Shown: positions 47,635 to 58,199 of the stretch, one piece after another
How positions within the stretch are numbered: the stretch's first letter is position 1
How the letters are laid out: each line of letters begins with the position of its first letter
Assembly (NCBI GenBank): GCA_963748625.1
Contig: CAVVJT010000004.1
Coordinates: forward strand, 512,001 to 576,000
DNA from: an uncultured Chloroflexia bacterium
GTDB taxonomy: Bacteria; Chloroflexota; Limnocylindria; Limnocylindrales; CSP1-4
Direction: 5' to 3'
Length of the DNA: 64,000 nucleotides
The notes under the pieces: model-generated
Told to the model about the DNA's origin: nothing
Database searches by the model: none
The model's input: only the letters and a program-made list of their open reading frames with translations
Made by a program: the position numbers and the translations under genes

Positions 47635-50600
47635 TCAGGCCTCGTCCGGAGCCTCCGCGCCGATGAGCGGGCCCTCGGCGACCACCCGGTCCAGGAGCAC
47701 GAGGTACGGGCGGCAGCCCAGGCTGCGGAGCACCTCACGACCGTGGTCGATCCAGCCCTCACGCTCCGGGTCGCCGGCGCCGAGCACCCGGGCGATCTCG
47801 ATGGCGAACAGCGCCTCGTCCCAGCGGAGACCCAGCTCCCGGTAGGCCGCTGCCGCCGCGCGGTACCCGGCCATGGCCGCAGCGAGGTCGCCGTCGAGCG
47901 CGGCCACGCCCGCGCGGATCATCGTCCGGTCGGCGTCGGTCACCCGCCCGCGCACCGCGAGCTGCTCCATCCGCTCCAGCGCGTTGGCCGCGATCCCGCG
48001 ATCGCCGGCGCACGTGGCGGCGCGGCCCGCCTTCGGGTACAGGTACGGGGCGTTGTACTCGCTCGCGAGCGCGGCCTGCACGGTGACGTCCGCGGCCTCC
48101 TGCCACCGCGCCTCCAGGAGGGCGGCGATCGCGCGCATGTCGATCACGCTGGCCGCCAGCTCGGGGTCGCTCAGCTCCGCCATGGCTGCTTCGAGCGCCT
48201 CGAGCCCGCCGGGCGCGAGGTCGCCCTGCGCCTGGCGGAAGTAGTTGCGCGCCACCTCCACCTGCAGGTGGGTGCCGTGGTCGAGGTCCAGGCCGAACAG
48301 GCCGTCCAGCTCGCCGATCGCCCAGTCCCAGTCCCCTGACCGGCGGGCGTCCTCCGAGGAGTTGGTGATCGTGAGCACCTCGAGGGGCCGGTTTCCCAGG
48401 CGCCGTGCCAGCGCGATCGAGTCCTTCTCGAGGACGAGGGTCTGGGCCGGGTTGTCAAGCGCGGTCATCGTGGCGAGGAACTGCATCGCCCGGAGGACCC
48501 CGTTGGGCAGGCCCGCCTCGCGGAACAGGTCCAACGCGCCCTGGACCAGGGCCCGGCCCTCCCAGGTCCGCCCCTCCCGGAAGGCGACCATCCCCTTGGT
48601 GTGGAGCGCCTCGGCAGCGAGCTCCGCGAGGCTGAGCCGTTCGGCGGCCGCGAGCTGCCGCGACGCGATGGCGCGTGCGTCGTCCAGGTCCCCGACGAGG
48701 GCGAGGTTCGCAGACAGGTGGCGCATGAGGAACACGAGATCCGGGTCGCCGTCGCCGAGGTCCTCGAACTCCGCGAACGCGGCCCGCAGCGAGGCGAGGG
48801 ACTCGTCGCGCCGCCGTGCCAGGCTCAACGTCGCGCCCACCCAGCCGCTGAGCCTCGCAACCCCGGACCGGTCGCCGAGCTCCCGCCGGATGGTGATGGC
48901 CGCCTCGAGGTGCGCCAGCGCCACCGGATGGCGTGCCGCCAGCGTCGCCGCAATCCCGGCTCGCTCCTGGAGCTCGGCCCGCTCCGGCTCGCTGCCCGCG
49001 ACCTCGATCGCCTGCTCCAGGAACTGGACCGCCTGCTCCATCGACCCCAGCGCCGACGCACGATCCGCCGCTGCCTTGAGGGCGATGCGGGCCTGGGCCG
49101 CCAGTGCCTCGCCCTCCGGGCCGTCGGCCGAGGCCTTGTACGCCGCGAGGTAGTGCGCTGCGAGCGCGCCGACGGTGTCCTCGTCGGGCAGCGCCTCGAA
49201 GTGGCGCGCCGCAGCGAGGTGCCGGGAGCGGCGGTCGCGCAGGGAGAGCGTGGAGTACGCGACCTCGCGGATCAGCGCCTGGACGAAGGCGTACTGGCCC
49301 CGCTCAGGTGACCGGGGATCCATCTCCACCCGCAGCAGGTCCGCGCGGGCGAGCTTGTCCAGCCGCGGCAGGAGCGCCTCGACGGGAATCCCGCAGACAT
49401 CCGCCAGGGCGTCGGCGCGGAATGACTGGCCCAGCACGGCGCCATCCTGCAGGAGCGCGCGATCCGCGGCGTCCAGGCCGTCGAGGCGCGCCGCGATCAG
49501 GGCGTGGAGCGTGTTCGGGACCGCCAGCTCCCCCAGCTCGCCGGCGGGCTCGTAGGTGCCGGCGGCATCCTCGACCAGGCGCCCGTCCGCAATGAGCATG
49601 CGGATGGTCTCGACCGCGTAGAGCGGGATGCCCTCGGCACGGCCCACGATCGCTCGGACCGTGGCCTCCGGCAGCCCGGGAACGAGCCCGGCGAGGAGCT
49701 CGCGCATCGAACCCTCGTCGAGCGGCTGCAAGTCGAGCGCGAGGAAGGCGCGCTTGCCGGCGCCCCAGCCGGGCCGGCGGTCCAGCAGGTCGGGCCGGGC
49801 CAGGGTCACGATCAGGATCGGGACGTTGCGGCTCCACTCCACCATGTGCTCGATGAAGTCCAGCGTGCCGGCGTCGGCCCACTGGAGGTCCTCGAAGAGC
49901 AGCGCGACCACGCCGTCGGCCGAGAGGCGCTCGAAGAACGTCCGCCATGCCCAGAACAGCTCGGGCGCCCCGCCGGCAGGCGGATCGCCCACGCCCAGCA
50001 AGGCGAGCAGCGCAGGCTCGATCCGGTCGCGCTCCCCCTAGTCCGGTACGAAGCGGTCCAGCATCTCGCCGACGCGCTGGCGCTGGGTCGCCGGGTCGTC
50101 GCCTTCGAGCAGCTTCGCCCGGGAGCGGATCATCTCGCCCAAGGCCCAGAAGGTGATCCCCTCGCCGTACGATGGCGAGCGGCCCTCGTGCCACCAGACG
50201 CCTTCGACCACGCCGTCGACGTACTTGAGGAACTCCCAGGCGAGTCGGCTCTTGCCGATCCCTGCCTGGCCGGTGATCGACACGAGGCGGACCCGGCGCT
50301 CTCGAGCGCTCGCGTGGAACAGGTCCTTGAGCAGGCGGACCTCGGCGTCGCGCCCGACGAAGGGCGCCTCGAGGCGATCGTCCCGCCCGCGGCCACCGCG
50401 CTCCGCCACGACGCGCAGCGCGCGCCAGGCGGCGACCGGCAGGGCCTTGCCCTTGAGGTCGTGTGTGCCCGCGTGCTCATAGGCGATGGACGTGGCGGTC
50501 GCGTGCTGGGTGTCATCGCCCACCAGAACGGTGCCGGGAACCGCCGCGGCCTGCAGCCGTGCGGCCGTGTTGACCAGGTCGCCGGCCACCATGCCCTGGT

Positions 50601-51165
50601 CCCGGGCGCCCAACGTGACCGCGGCCTCGCCCGTCAGCACGCCACAGCGGGCCTGGATGCCGGGCCCGAGGTCGCGCACCCCTTCCACGAGGTCGAGGGC
50701 GGCCCGGACGGCGCGCTCGGCGTCGTCCTCGTGGGCGGTCGGCGCGCCCCACAGGGCCATCACCGCGTCGCCGATGAACTTCTCCACTATGCCGCCATAC
50801 CGGCGGACCACTTCAGAGGCCAGGTCGAAGTAGCGGGAGAGGAGCTCGCGCACCGCCTCGGGATCGCGGCCCTCGGCAAGCGTGGTGAAGCCGACGAGGT
50901 CCGCGAACAGCACGGTGACCAGCCGCCGCTCGGCCACCGGGGCGGGAAGACTCCCCGCCGTTCGGGGGGTCGTGGACGCCTGGGTCGCCACCGTCGCAGG
51001 CACGCCGGCCCCCGTCGCGAGCACACTGCCGCACTCCCCACAGAACCGCACGGAGGGCGGGTTCGCCGTTCCACACGACGGACAGGTGGCCGCCAGCCGC
51101 CCACCGCATTCCCCGCAGAACTTGCGGCCGGTCTCGTTCGACGTGCCGCAGGCCGGACAGATCAA
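47635..51165 (-). CDS. Double Zn-ribbon + adenylate/guanylate cyclase + AAA ATPase + TPR protein, interrupted by an in-frame TAG at 50038-50040
   Basis: CPAC..CGEC..CPSC..CGEC, ERRLVTVLFADLVGFT, KFIGDAVMA, GDLVNTAARLQ, GQAGIGKSRL, EDLQWAD. ORFs 50038..51165 and 47635..50001 share one frame. Confidence 0.88.
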
Positions 51166-51220
51166 GACGCCGTTCCCTCTCGTGGTGAACCTGCAGCGTC
51201 GCGCCTGCGACGCGACGGGG

Positions 51221-52480
51221 TCAGCCTGTTCCGGGTGACGCGTGCCCGGTCAGGCGCGCCCGGCGCACGTCGGGCAGCAGGCCGAACCCGGCGGCAACCA
51301 CGAGCATCGCCACGCCCATGATCACCAGGGTCGTGTCACCGCCGACGGCGTCGAGCGCGATCCCGGCCACGAGCGAGCCGACCGGCATCAGCCCCACCGA
51401 CATCGTCCTCGCGGTCGCGCCCACGCGACCCAGCAGGGCATCGGGCGAGAGCAGCGTACGCAGCGAGATGTAGGCCACCATGGTGTTGGCGCTGAGGATC
51501 CCGGTGAGGAAGGCGACCCCCGCCATCACCGGCACGGGTGGCCCGAGTGCCACGATAAGGAGCGAAAGGCCCTCGCCCACCGCGCCGAGCAGCATCACCC
51601 GCCCTACTGACCGCACCGCGAGCCGCGCCGCGATCAGCGCGCCCACGAGCGAGCCCACCGCGAACGCCGACAGGATGATCCCGACGGCCGCGGTGCCGAG
51701 GTCCTGGTCCACGGTCGTGTAGAAGATGAGGGCGGCGGTGAGGCCCGCGAGGATCACCTGCATCGACGTCCAGAGCAGGATCACCGCGCGCAGGGTCCGC
51801 TGTCCGGCGACGAACCGGATTCCTTCGCGGACGTCCTCCAGGATGTGTGTCGGCTCGGCGCGCCGCTCCGCGCGCAGGGGCCTCCGGATGAGGAGGATGG
51901 CGCCCGCCGAGATCAGGAACGTGAGGGCGTCAATGGCGATGGTCGGGCCCGGGCCGATGGTCTGCGCGAGGATGCCGGCCAGTGCCGGCCCCACGATCCA
52001 GCCGATGTTGAAGACGGCCTCGAAGACGCCGCTCGCGCGCGGCACGTGCGGCCGACCGACGAGCCCGGGCACGGCCGCCGTGTACGCCGCGAGCCAGAGC
52101 ACGCGCAGCACGTTGATCGGGAAGGCGACGATCAGGATCACCAGCATCGTGGGTCCGGCGAGCGCAACCGAGATGGGCACGAGGGCGGTGAGGAACGCGC
52201 GGCCCAGGTCGCCGAAGAACATCATCTTGCGGCGGTCCCAGCGGTCCGCGTACGCGCCCGCCGGCAGGCCGACGATCAGGTCCGGCAGCGTGGACAGCAC
52301 CCCCACGATGCCCATGGCGAAGCCTGATCCCGTGAGTGCGAGCACCAGAATCGGGAGCGCAGTATTCGAGATCGCGTCGCCGAACGAGCTGATCCCCTGT
52401 CCGAAGAGCACCACGAGGAAGTCGCGGTTGCGGCGCAGGGGAAGCTCGTCCGCCGGCACGAGTGGTTGCGGGACGGGCAT
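51221..52480 (-). CDS. MFS transporter (DHA3-like)
   Basis: LRRNRDF...GQGISSFGD...AGAYADRWDRRK, 12 TM helices. Confidence 0.9.
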   Translation of the reverse strand: MPVPQPLVPADELPLRRNRDFLVVLFGQGISSFGDAISNTALPILVLALTGSGFAMGIVGVLSTLPDLIVGLPAGAYADRWDRRKMMFFGDLGRAFLTALVPISVALAGPTMLVILIVAFPINVLRVLWLAAYTAAVPGLVGRPHVPRASGVFEAVFNIGWIVGPALAGILAQTIGPGPTIAIDALTFLISAGAILLIRRPLRAERRAEPTHILEDVREGIRFVAGQRTLRAVILLWTSMQVILAGLTAALIFYTTVDQDLGTAAVGIILSAFAVGSLVGALIAARLAVRSVGRVMLLGAVGEGLSLLIVALGPPVPVMAGVAFLTGILSANTMVAYISLRTLLSPDALLGRVGATARTMSVGLMPVGSLVAGIALDAVGGDTTLVIMGVAMLVVAAGFGLLPDVRRARLTGHASPGTG

Positions 52481-52610
52481 GACGGCGAGGGTAGCGCGAG
52501 CGGAGTCCGCGGCGCGTCGACGGATGGCGTAGATACCCCCCGGGGGTATGCGGGCAGCGTGCTACAGTTCGGGCAGGACACCCGCCAGCCCAAGGAACGA
52601 CAATCCACCG

Positions 52611-53768
52611 ATGACCGACAGCACCGACCGCGACACCCAGGCCGTCAACCCCCTCGCCGGCCTCTCCATCAAGCCCGTCGAGGCGCCCGCCGCAGCTCCC
52701 GCGGTCGCCGGCCTGTCGGCCCTGGCAGGCCTCGGCGGCATCGCGCCGATCGCCCCGATCGGCGACGTGGCTCCCGCGGACGCGGCGCCCGTGACTCCCG
52801 GCGCAGGCGGCGGCCGGACGGACAGCAAGGTGCTGATCATCGGTTCCGGGCCGGCCGGTCTCACCGCCGCCATCTACGCGGCGCGCGCGAACATGGAGCC
52901 GGTCGTCCTGGCGGGGTCGGCCCCCGGCGGCCAGCTGATGCTCACCTCCGAGATCGAGAACTACCCGGGCTTTCCCGACGGTATCGACGGCCCCGACCTG
53001 ATGGCCCGCTTCCGGGCCCAGGCGGAGCGCTTCGGCACCGTCTTCCACGATGTCGACATCGACAAGGTCGACCTGTCGTCCCGGCCGTTCCAGGCGTGGG
53101 CGCGCGGCATCAGGTACACGGGCCAGACGCTGATCATCGCCACGGGCGCGACGGCGCTGTGGCTGAACCTGGACTCCGAGCAGAAGCTCCGCGGCCGCGG
53201 CGTGTCGGCCTGCGCCACCTGTGACGGGTTCTTCTTCCGCGGCCGTGAGATCGCGGTGGTGGGCGGCGGCGACTCGGCGATGGAGGAGGCGAACTACCTC
53301 ACCCGCTTCGCCTCGAAGGTGCACCTGCTCCACCGGCGTGAGGGATTCCGGGCGTCGAAGATCATGATCGACCGGACGTACGCCAACCCCAAGATCGAGG
53401 TCCACACGAACACCGCGGTGGACGAGGTCCTGGGCGACGCCAAGGTGACCGGCCTGCGCCTGCGCAGCACCGTGGATGACTCGACCAGCGAGCTGCCGCT
53501 CGAGGGCCTGTTCATCGCCATCGGCCACAAGCCCAACACGGACGTGTTCAAGAACTGGCTCGAGACCGACGAGAAGGGCTACCTGCAGCAGCACGAGCAC
53601 ACGTACAGCCGGATCCCGGGCGTGTTCATCGCGGGCGACGTGGTGGACCACCGCTACCGCCAGGCGGTGACGGCCGCCGGCGATGGCGCACGGGCGGCGA
53701 TCGACGCCGAGCGCTGGCTGGAAGAGGTCGGCCTGGCCGAGCCGGAGCACGCAGCAACCGCCTCGTGA
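52611..53768 (+). CDS. trxB: Thioredoxin-disulfide reductase with a low-complexity N-terminal extension
   Basis: IIGSGPAGLTAAIYAAR, GGQL, ENYPGF, CATCDGFF, GGGDSA, HRR, RQAVTAAGDG. Confidence 0.93.
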   Translation: MTDSTDRDTQAVNPLAGLSIKPVEAPAAAPAVAGLSALAGLGGIAPIAPIGDVAPADAAPVTPGAGGGRTDSKVLIIGSGPAGLTAAIYAARANMEPVVLAGSAPGGQLMLTSEIENYPGFPDGIDGPDLMARFRAQAERFGTVFHDVDIDKVDLSSRPFQAWARGIRYTGQTLIIATGATALWLNLDSEQKLRGRGVSACATCDGFFFRGREIAVVGGGDSAMEEANYLTRFASKVHLLHRREGFRASKIMIDRTYANPKIEVHTNTAVDEVLGDAKVTGLRLRSTVDDSTSELPLEGLFIAIGHKPNTDVFKNWLETDEKGYLQQHEHTYSRIPGVFIAGDVVDHRYRQAVTAAGDGARAAIDAERWLEEVGLAEPEHAATAS

Positions 53769-55789
53769 CCGGCCGCACGGGGGGCATGCGGACCCTCGCG
53801 CGCGAGTCGGGCGCCTCCTCGTCGGGGCGGATGGGCCCACGGGGCTCGCGTGATTTCACGCCCGTGCCCAAGGAGCGGCGGGGTGCCACCATCCGGCGGA
53901 TCGCGGCGTTCTTCGGGCCGTACCGCGCGAAGGTCGCCGTCGTCTTCGTCGCGATCATCGCGAGCAGCCTGATCGGCCTGGTCAACCCGCTGCTGCTCAA
54001 GGTGCTCATCGACGACGTCATCGTGGGCGGCCAGTACGACAAGCTGCTGCCGTACGTGGCGCTCATGATCGTGCTGCCGATCATCACGGGCCTCATCGGC
54101 GTCGGGCAGACGTATCTCAACAACGTCATCGGCCAGAACGTGATGCAGGACCTGCGCAATGCGCTCTACGCGCACCTGCAGTCGATGCCGCTGCGGTTCT
54201 TCACGGCCACCCGGACCGGCGAGATCCAGAGCCGGCTCGCGAACGACGTGGGCGGCGTCCAGGCGGTGGTGACCGACACCGCGTCGTCGATCACGCAGAA
54301 CCTGGCGGTCTCGATCTCCACGATCATCGCGATGTTCCTGCTGAGCTGGCAGCTGACGCTGCTCTCGCTGGGGATCCTGCCCTTCTTCCTGTACCTCACC
54401 TACCGTGTGGGCAAGATCCGCCGCGAGGTCTCCACCGAGACGCAGAAGGCGCTCGCCGAGATGAGCGCAGTGACCGAGGAGACGCTCTCGGTGTCAGGGA
54501 TCCTGCTGGGCAAGACGTTCGGGGCGCAGGAGCGGTCGGTGCAGAAGTTCCGCGGCCTGAACCTGTCGCTCGCGAAGCTGCAGATCCGCCAGGCCATGGT
54601 GGGCCGCTGGTTCTTCGCGGTGATCGGAACGATCTTCGCGATCATGCCGGCGTTCGTGTACTGGCTTGCAGGCTCGATGGCGGCCGCGGGCAACCCGGCC
54701 GCGCCGACCGCGGGCGACATCGTGGCCTTCACGACGCTCCAGTCGCGGCTGTTCTTCCCGATGGGCCAGCTGCTCAACGTGCAGGTGGAGATCCAGGGAT
54801 CGCTCGCGCTGTTCGATCGGATCTTCGAGTATCTGGACCTGGATCCCGAGATCCGCGATGCGCCTGGAGCGGTGGTGCTGGAGCCCGCGGCCGTGGCGGG
54901 TGCGGTCGCGTTCGAGGGTGTCGCGTTCGCCTACCCGCCCGAGCCGGTGGGCGAGTCGCCGGCCGATGACACCGAGGACGACGTCGAAGGCGACTTGGCC
55001 GAAGCCGACGCTGATGCCGGCGCCGATGAGAACACCGAGGAGATCGCGGCCGCGGTGCCGATGCCCCCGCCGTCGCCCTTCAACCTCGAGGACGTCTCGT
55101 TCGAGGCGCGCCCGGGCGAGCTGGTGGCCCTGGTCGGGCCGTCGGGCGCGGGCAAGACCACGACCACCTACCTGATCCCCCGCCTGTACGACGTGACCGC
55201 GGGCCGCGTGACGGTGGACGGCCACGACGTGCGCCAGGTCACGCTGGAGTCCCTGGGCCGGCTCATCGGGTTCGTGACCCAGGAGACGTACCTGTTCCAT
55301 GCGTCCATCCGCGAGAACCTGCTGTTCGCCAAGCCGGACGCGACCGACGCCGAGTTGCTGGCCGCCACGCAGGCGGCCGCCATGGCCGACCGGATCGCGG
55401 AGCTGCCCGCAGGCCTGGACACCATCGTCGGCGAGCGCGGCTACAAGCTCTCGGGCGGCGAGAAGCAGCGGATCGCGATCGCCCGCGTGCTGCTCAAGGA
55501 CCCACGAATCCTCATCCTCGACGAGGCGACGTCCTCGCTGGACACCGTGTCCGAGCGGCTGATCCAAGCGGCGCTCGCCCGCCTCACCGAGGGGCGGACG
55601 ACCATCGCGATTGCCCACCGCCTGTCCACGATCCTGCGCGCGGACCGGATCCTGGTCTTCGAGCGCGGCCGGATCGCCGAGCGCGGCACCCACCGCGAGC
55701 TGCTCGCGGCCGGAGGGCTGTATGCACGCCTGTACCACGAGCAGTTCGAGGCCGAGGCGGCGCAGCTGGCTGACCTCGGCGCGGTCTGA
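53765..55789 (+). CDS. Type IV ABC exporter (TMD + NBD)
   Basis: Six-TM domain, GPSGAGKTT, LSGGEKQR, ILDEATS, IAHRL. Confidence 0.92.
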   Translation: MTGRTGGMRTLARESGASSSGRMGPRGSRDFTPVPKERRGATIRRIAAFFGPYRAKVAVVFVAIIASSLIGLVNPLLLKVLIDDVIVGGQYDKLLPYVALMIVLPIITGLIGVGQTYLNNVIGQNVMQDLRNALYAHLQSMPLRFFTATRTGEIQSRLANDVGGVQAVVTDTASSITQNLAVSISTIIAMFLLSWQLTLLSLGILPFFLYLTYRVGKIRREVSTETQKALAEMSAVTEETLSVSGILLGKTFGAQERSVQKFRGLNLSLAKLQIRQAMVGRWFFAVIGTIFAIMPAFVYWLAGSMAAAGNPAAPTAGDIVAFTTLQSRLFFPMGQLLNVQVEIQGSLALFDRIFEYLDLDPEIRDAPGAVVLEPAAVAGAVAFEGVAFAYPPEPVGESPADDTEDDVEGDLAEADADAGADENTEEIAAAVPMPPPSPFNLEDVSFEARPGELVALVGPSGAGKTTTTYLIPRLYDVTAGRVTVDGHDVRQVTLESLGRLIGFVTQETYLFHASIRENLLFAKPDATDAELLAATQAAAMADRIAELPAGLDTIVGERGYKLSGGEKQRIAIARVLLKDPRILILDEATSSLDTVSERLIQAALARLTEGRTTIAIAHRLSTILRADRILVFERGRIAERGTHRELLAAGGLYARLYHEQFEAEAAQLADLGAV

Positions 55790-55867
55790 TCCCCGGGTTG
55801 CCGCTGCCGCCTCGCCGGACGTCACGCCGGCCGGCATGGCCACGTCTCACCGCCAAGGAGGCATCGA

Positions 55868-57367
55868 ATGCGGTCGGCTGCCGTCATGCTTGTCCTCGCT
55901 GCGGTCATCGCCACCGGGTGCGGCGAGACTGGGAAGCCACTGCAGTCCACCGCGACGTCCGCCAGTTCCGGGACGCTGCCGACCGCACCGGCGCAGCCCT
56001 CCGGCCCCCCGGCGCCGGCTGCCACACACGACCCTGGCGCTCCCTCCTTGACACCGGCGGCTACCGCCACGCCGCCGGTGTCTGCCACGTTGCTTCCACG
56101 TGGCAGGCTGCCACTCACCGGCCCATGGCGCGGGATCGGAGCCATCATGCTCGCTGCCGCCGGCGACGGCGGTCTGATCGCCGCGATCCCCGGGAGGAAG
56201 GGCACCACCCTGGTCGCGCTCGATGCGACTGGTGCGCCGAGGGCTGGCTGGCCGGTCGTGCTGGAAGACGCGGCCTGGTGCCACCATGTCCTCCCGGCCC
56301 CGGACGGGTCGATCCGGGTCGTGTGCTGGCCAACCTCGCCAGATCCGCAAGGCCCCGGAGTGCGCGACCAGCTCGCGTATGCGCTGGGTGCCGACGGGCG
56401 CCTGCTCCCGGGCTGGCCCGTCACCGTGCCCTACCCGCAGGCGGCGCGCGTCGTTGGGCGTGACCTCGTGCTCGCCAACGAGCGCTGGAGCAAGGGCCCG
56501 GCGACCAGCGAGCTCGGCTACTTCGACGCCGGCGATGACCTCGAGACCGGGTTCACCACGCGGGTGTCACCCACCGGAGCAGTCAGCGTGGGAGAGGATG
56601 TGCCCCTGCCAGCCACGTACGGGTGGCAGGTTGGACCGGACGGCACGATCTTCGTCTCGTACCAGGCGGATGAGAGTGGTGTTCTCGCGTTCTCCGACGA
56701 CGGCCTGCTGTGGGACAGGCTCGTCGTGGCCGACGGCTGGGTGTCGCCGCCGACGGTCGCCCCCGACGGTCGAGTGGTGGTGACCGCCGGGTGGGCCCGG
56801 AGGCTGACCCAGCTGCTCGCGCTGGATCCCAGCGACGGTCGGATCCTCGACCAGTCGCCCGACCTCCGCGTCAGGTCCGTCTACCACGACAGCAATTCCT
56901 GCCGGGTGGAGCCCCCCGCTCCAGTCGTGTCTGGCGATGGAACCGTGTACCTCGTGCTGGGGATGCAGGTCTACGCGTTCGACGCGGTCCTGCGGCGCCT
57001 TGGCGGCAAGCCGATCGACCTTCCGTGGTACCCGGCATCGGTAGGACTTCCGAGCGACGGTGATGGCCTCAGCTGCGAGGGCGGTGTGCTGCCGAGCGCC
57101 GGCAGGACGACGCTCAACGTCGCGCTGGACTCGGGAGATGCTGGAGGTTCGGTGGTCGCGGTCGACCGGGCGGGCCTCGTACCCGGGCGATGGCCGGTCA
57201 CACTGCGCCAGGAGGGTGCCGAGTTCTGGATCGTCGAGCCGCTGGATGACGGCGCGGTCGCCGCCCTTGCGGTCGAGCCGGAGGCCAAGGGCCGCTACTC
57301 GGCGACGATCCTCGGCCTCAGCGCGGCCGGCAAGGTCCGATACCGGACCATCGTCCTCGACCCGTAG
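55868..57367 (+). CDS. Hypothetical lipoprotein, probable beta-propeller
   Basis: AGGAGG RBS, lipobox-like IATGC, Pro/Thr linker, repeated (P)GWPV / GRWPV and DG-V-V blade-like motifs. Confidence 0.7.
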   Translation: MRSAAVMLVLAAVIATGCGETGKPLQSTATSASSGTLPTAPAQPSGPPAPAATHDPGAPSLTPAATATPPVSATLLPRGRLPLTGPWRGIGAIMLAAAGDGGLIAAIPGRKGTTLVALDATGAPRAGWPVVLEDAAWCHHVLPAPDGSIRVVCWPTSPDPQGPGVRDQLAYALGADGRLLPGWPVTVPYPQAARVVGRDLVLANERWSKGPATSELGYFDAGDDLETGFTTRVSPTGAVSVGEDVPLPATYGWQVGPDGTIFVSYQADESGVLAFSDDGLLWDRLVVADGWVSPPTVAPDGRVVVTAGWARRLTQLLALDPSDGRILDQSPDLRVRSVYHDSNSCRVEPPAPVVSGDGTVYLVLGMQVYAFDAVLRRLGGKPIDLPWYPASVGLPSDGDGLSCEGGVLPSAGRTTLNVALDSGDAGGSVVAVDRAGLVPGRWPVTLRQEGAEFWIVEPLDDGAVAALAVEPEAKGRYSATILGLSAAGKVRYRTIVLDP

Positions 57368-57401
57368 GTCGGACCCACCGCCACCCTCGGGGCCACTCGG
57401 A

Positions 57402-57809
57402 TCAGCGGGCGCGCATCCGGTTGTTCTTCGGGTCGTGGGTGACCTCGGCGAGGCCGAGCGCCTCGAGCAGCGGCGGCATGTACACGCCGAAGCGGCCGCG
57501 GAAGCCCTTCTTGAGGCCGTACCAGCCGCCACGGGGGTTGTCGGCCGAGCGGCCCCAGGCCTCCACCGTCCCCTCGGCGGCCGGCTTCTGCTCGTCGGTG
57601 CCGCCGAGCGGAACCCAGTCGCCCTGCTCGCGCAGCCACGCGTGGAGCTCCACGATCGCGCGGGCGTCGTACAGGAGCTTCGTCGAGCCGACCTGGCAGA
57701 CGATGACCTGCGGATCGGCCGTGTCGTCGCGGAACATCGTGTACACGGACGTGCCGGGCGGCGTGGTGAGCTGCCAGGGGTCGTCCTTGGTGCCGGTGCC
57801 GGTGGCCAT
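57402..57809 (-). CDS. DUF6855-like protein
   Basis: GTKDDPWQLTTPPG...CQVGSTKLLY...GGWYGLKKGFRGRFG.YMPPLLEALGLAE...NNRMRA. GGAGG RBS. Confidence 0.8.
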   Translation of the reverse strand: MATGTGTKDDPWQLTTPPGTSVYTMFRDDTADPQVIVCQVGSTKLLYDARAIVELHAWLREQGDWVPLGGTDEQKPAAEGTVEAWGRSADNPRGGWYGLKKGFRGRFGVYMPPLLEALGLAEVTHDPKNNRMRAR

Positions 57810-57977
57810 GTGCGCTGCCTCCCCGTGTGACGCCCCGGGACGGGCGGCGTCATCCCGCGGACCTTGCCACGCGGCGGCGTGGATGGCAATGCCAACGACC
57901 CGCAAGGCAATGCCACCCGCCTCGGGCAACCCCGGCCCGCTTCGGTTGGTCTGAGGCTCCCTGCGGCCAGGGCACGG

Positions 57978-58135
57978 TGCATCCGCAGCAATAGATCGGG
58001 GCCGGAATGGAGCGGCGATGCCTGCCCGGCATCGGGACGATGTCCGCGAGCCGGTTTCGGCATCGGATTCCGCTGTCAGCGTGCTCGAGGCGCATCGAGG
58101 CAGCGTCAGGATGCGAGACTATTGCTTCGCGCGCA
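57978..58135. repeat. 158-bp degenerate-dyad element, copy B
   Basis: Ungapped homolog of 33654-33811. AGCAATAG near the left end is mirrored by CTATTGCT near the right end. Confidence 0.7.
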
Positions 58136-58160
58136 CGCCGCGCTGCCGCCCAACAATCTG

Positions 58161-58199
58161 CTTGCATGGTTATGCATTGATGCTGTATAGTCATCCAGT
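58161..58199 (+). promoter_or_regulatory. Tandem ARG boxes overlapping the arg operon promoter
   Basis: CTTGCATGGTTATGCATT (58161-58178), 3 bp, GCTGTATAGTCATCCAGT (58182-58199), the canonical ArgR tandem arrangement. TTGCAT as -35, TATAGT as -10. Confidence 0.85.

Noticed and set aside
50038-50040. Pyrrolysine or genetic-code reassignment of TAG
   Set aside because: TAG is a normal stop for other genes here (e.g. 3005, 8143, 27569), no pyl genes are in the window, and the position is not catalytic.
57900-57916. sigma54 promoter (TGGCA...TTGC on the minus strand)
   Set aside because: GG-to-GC spacing is 9 nt rather than the required 10.
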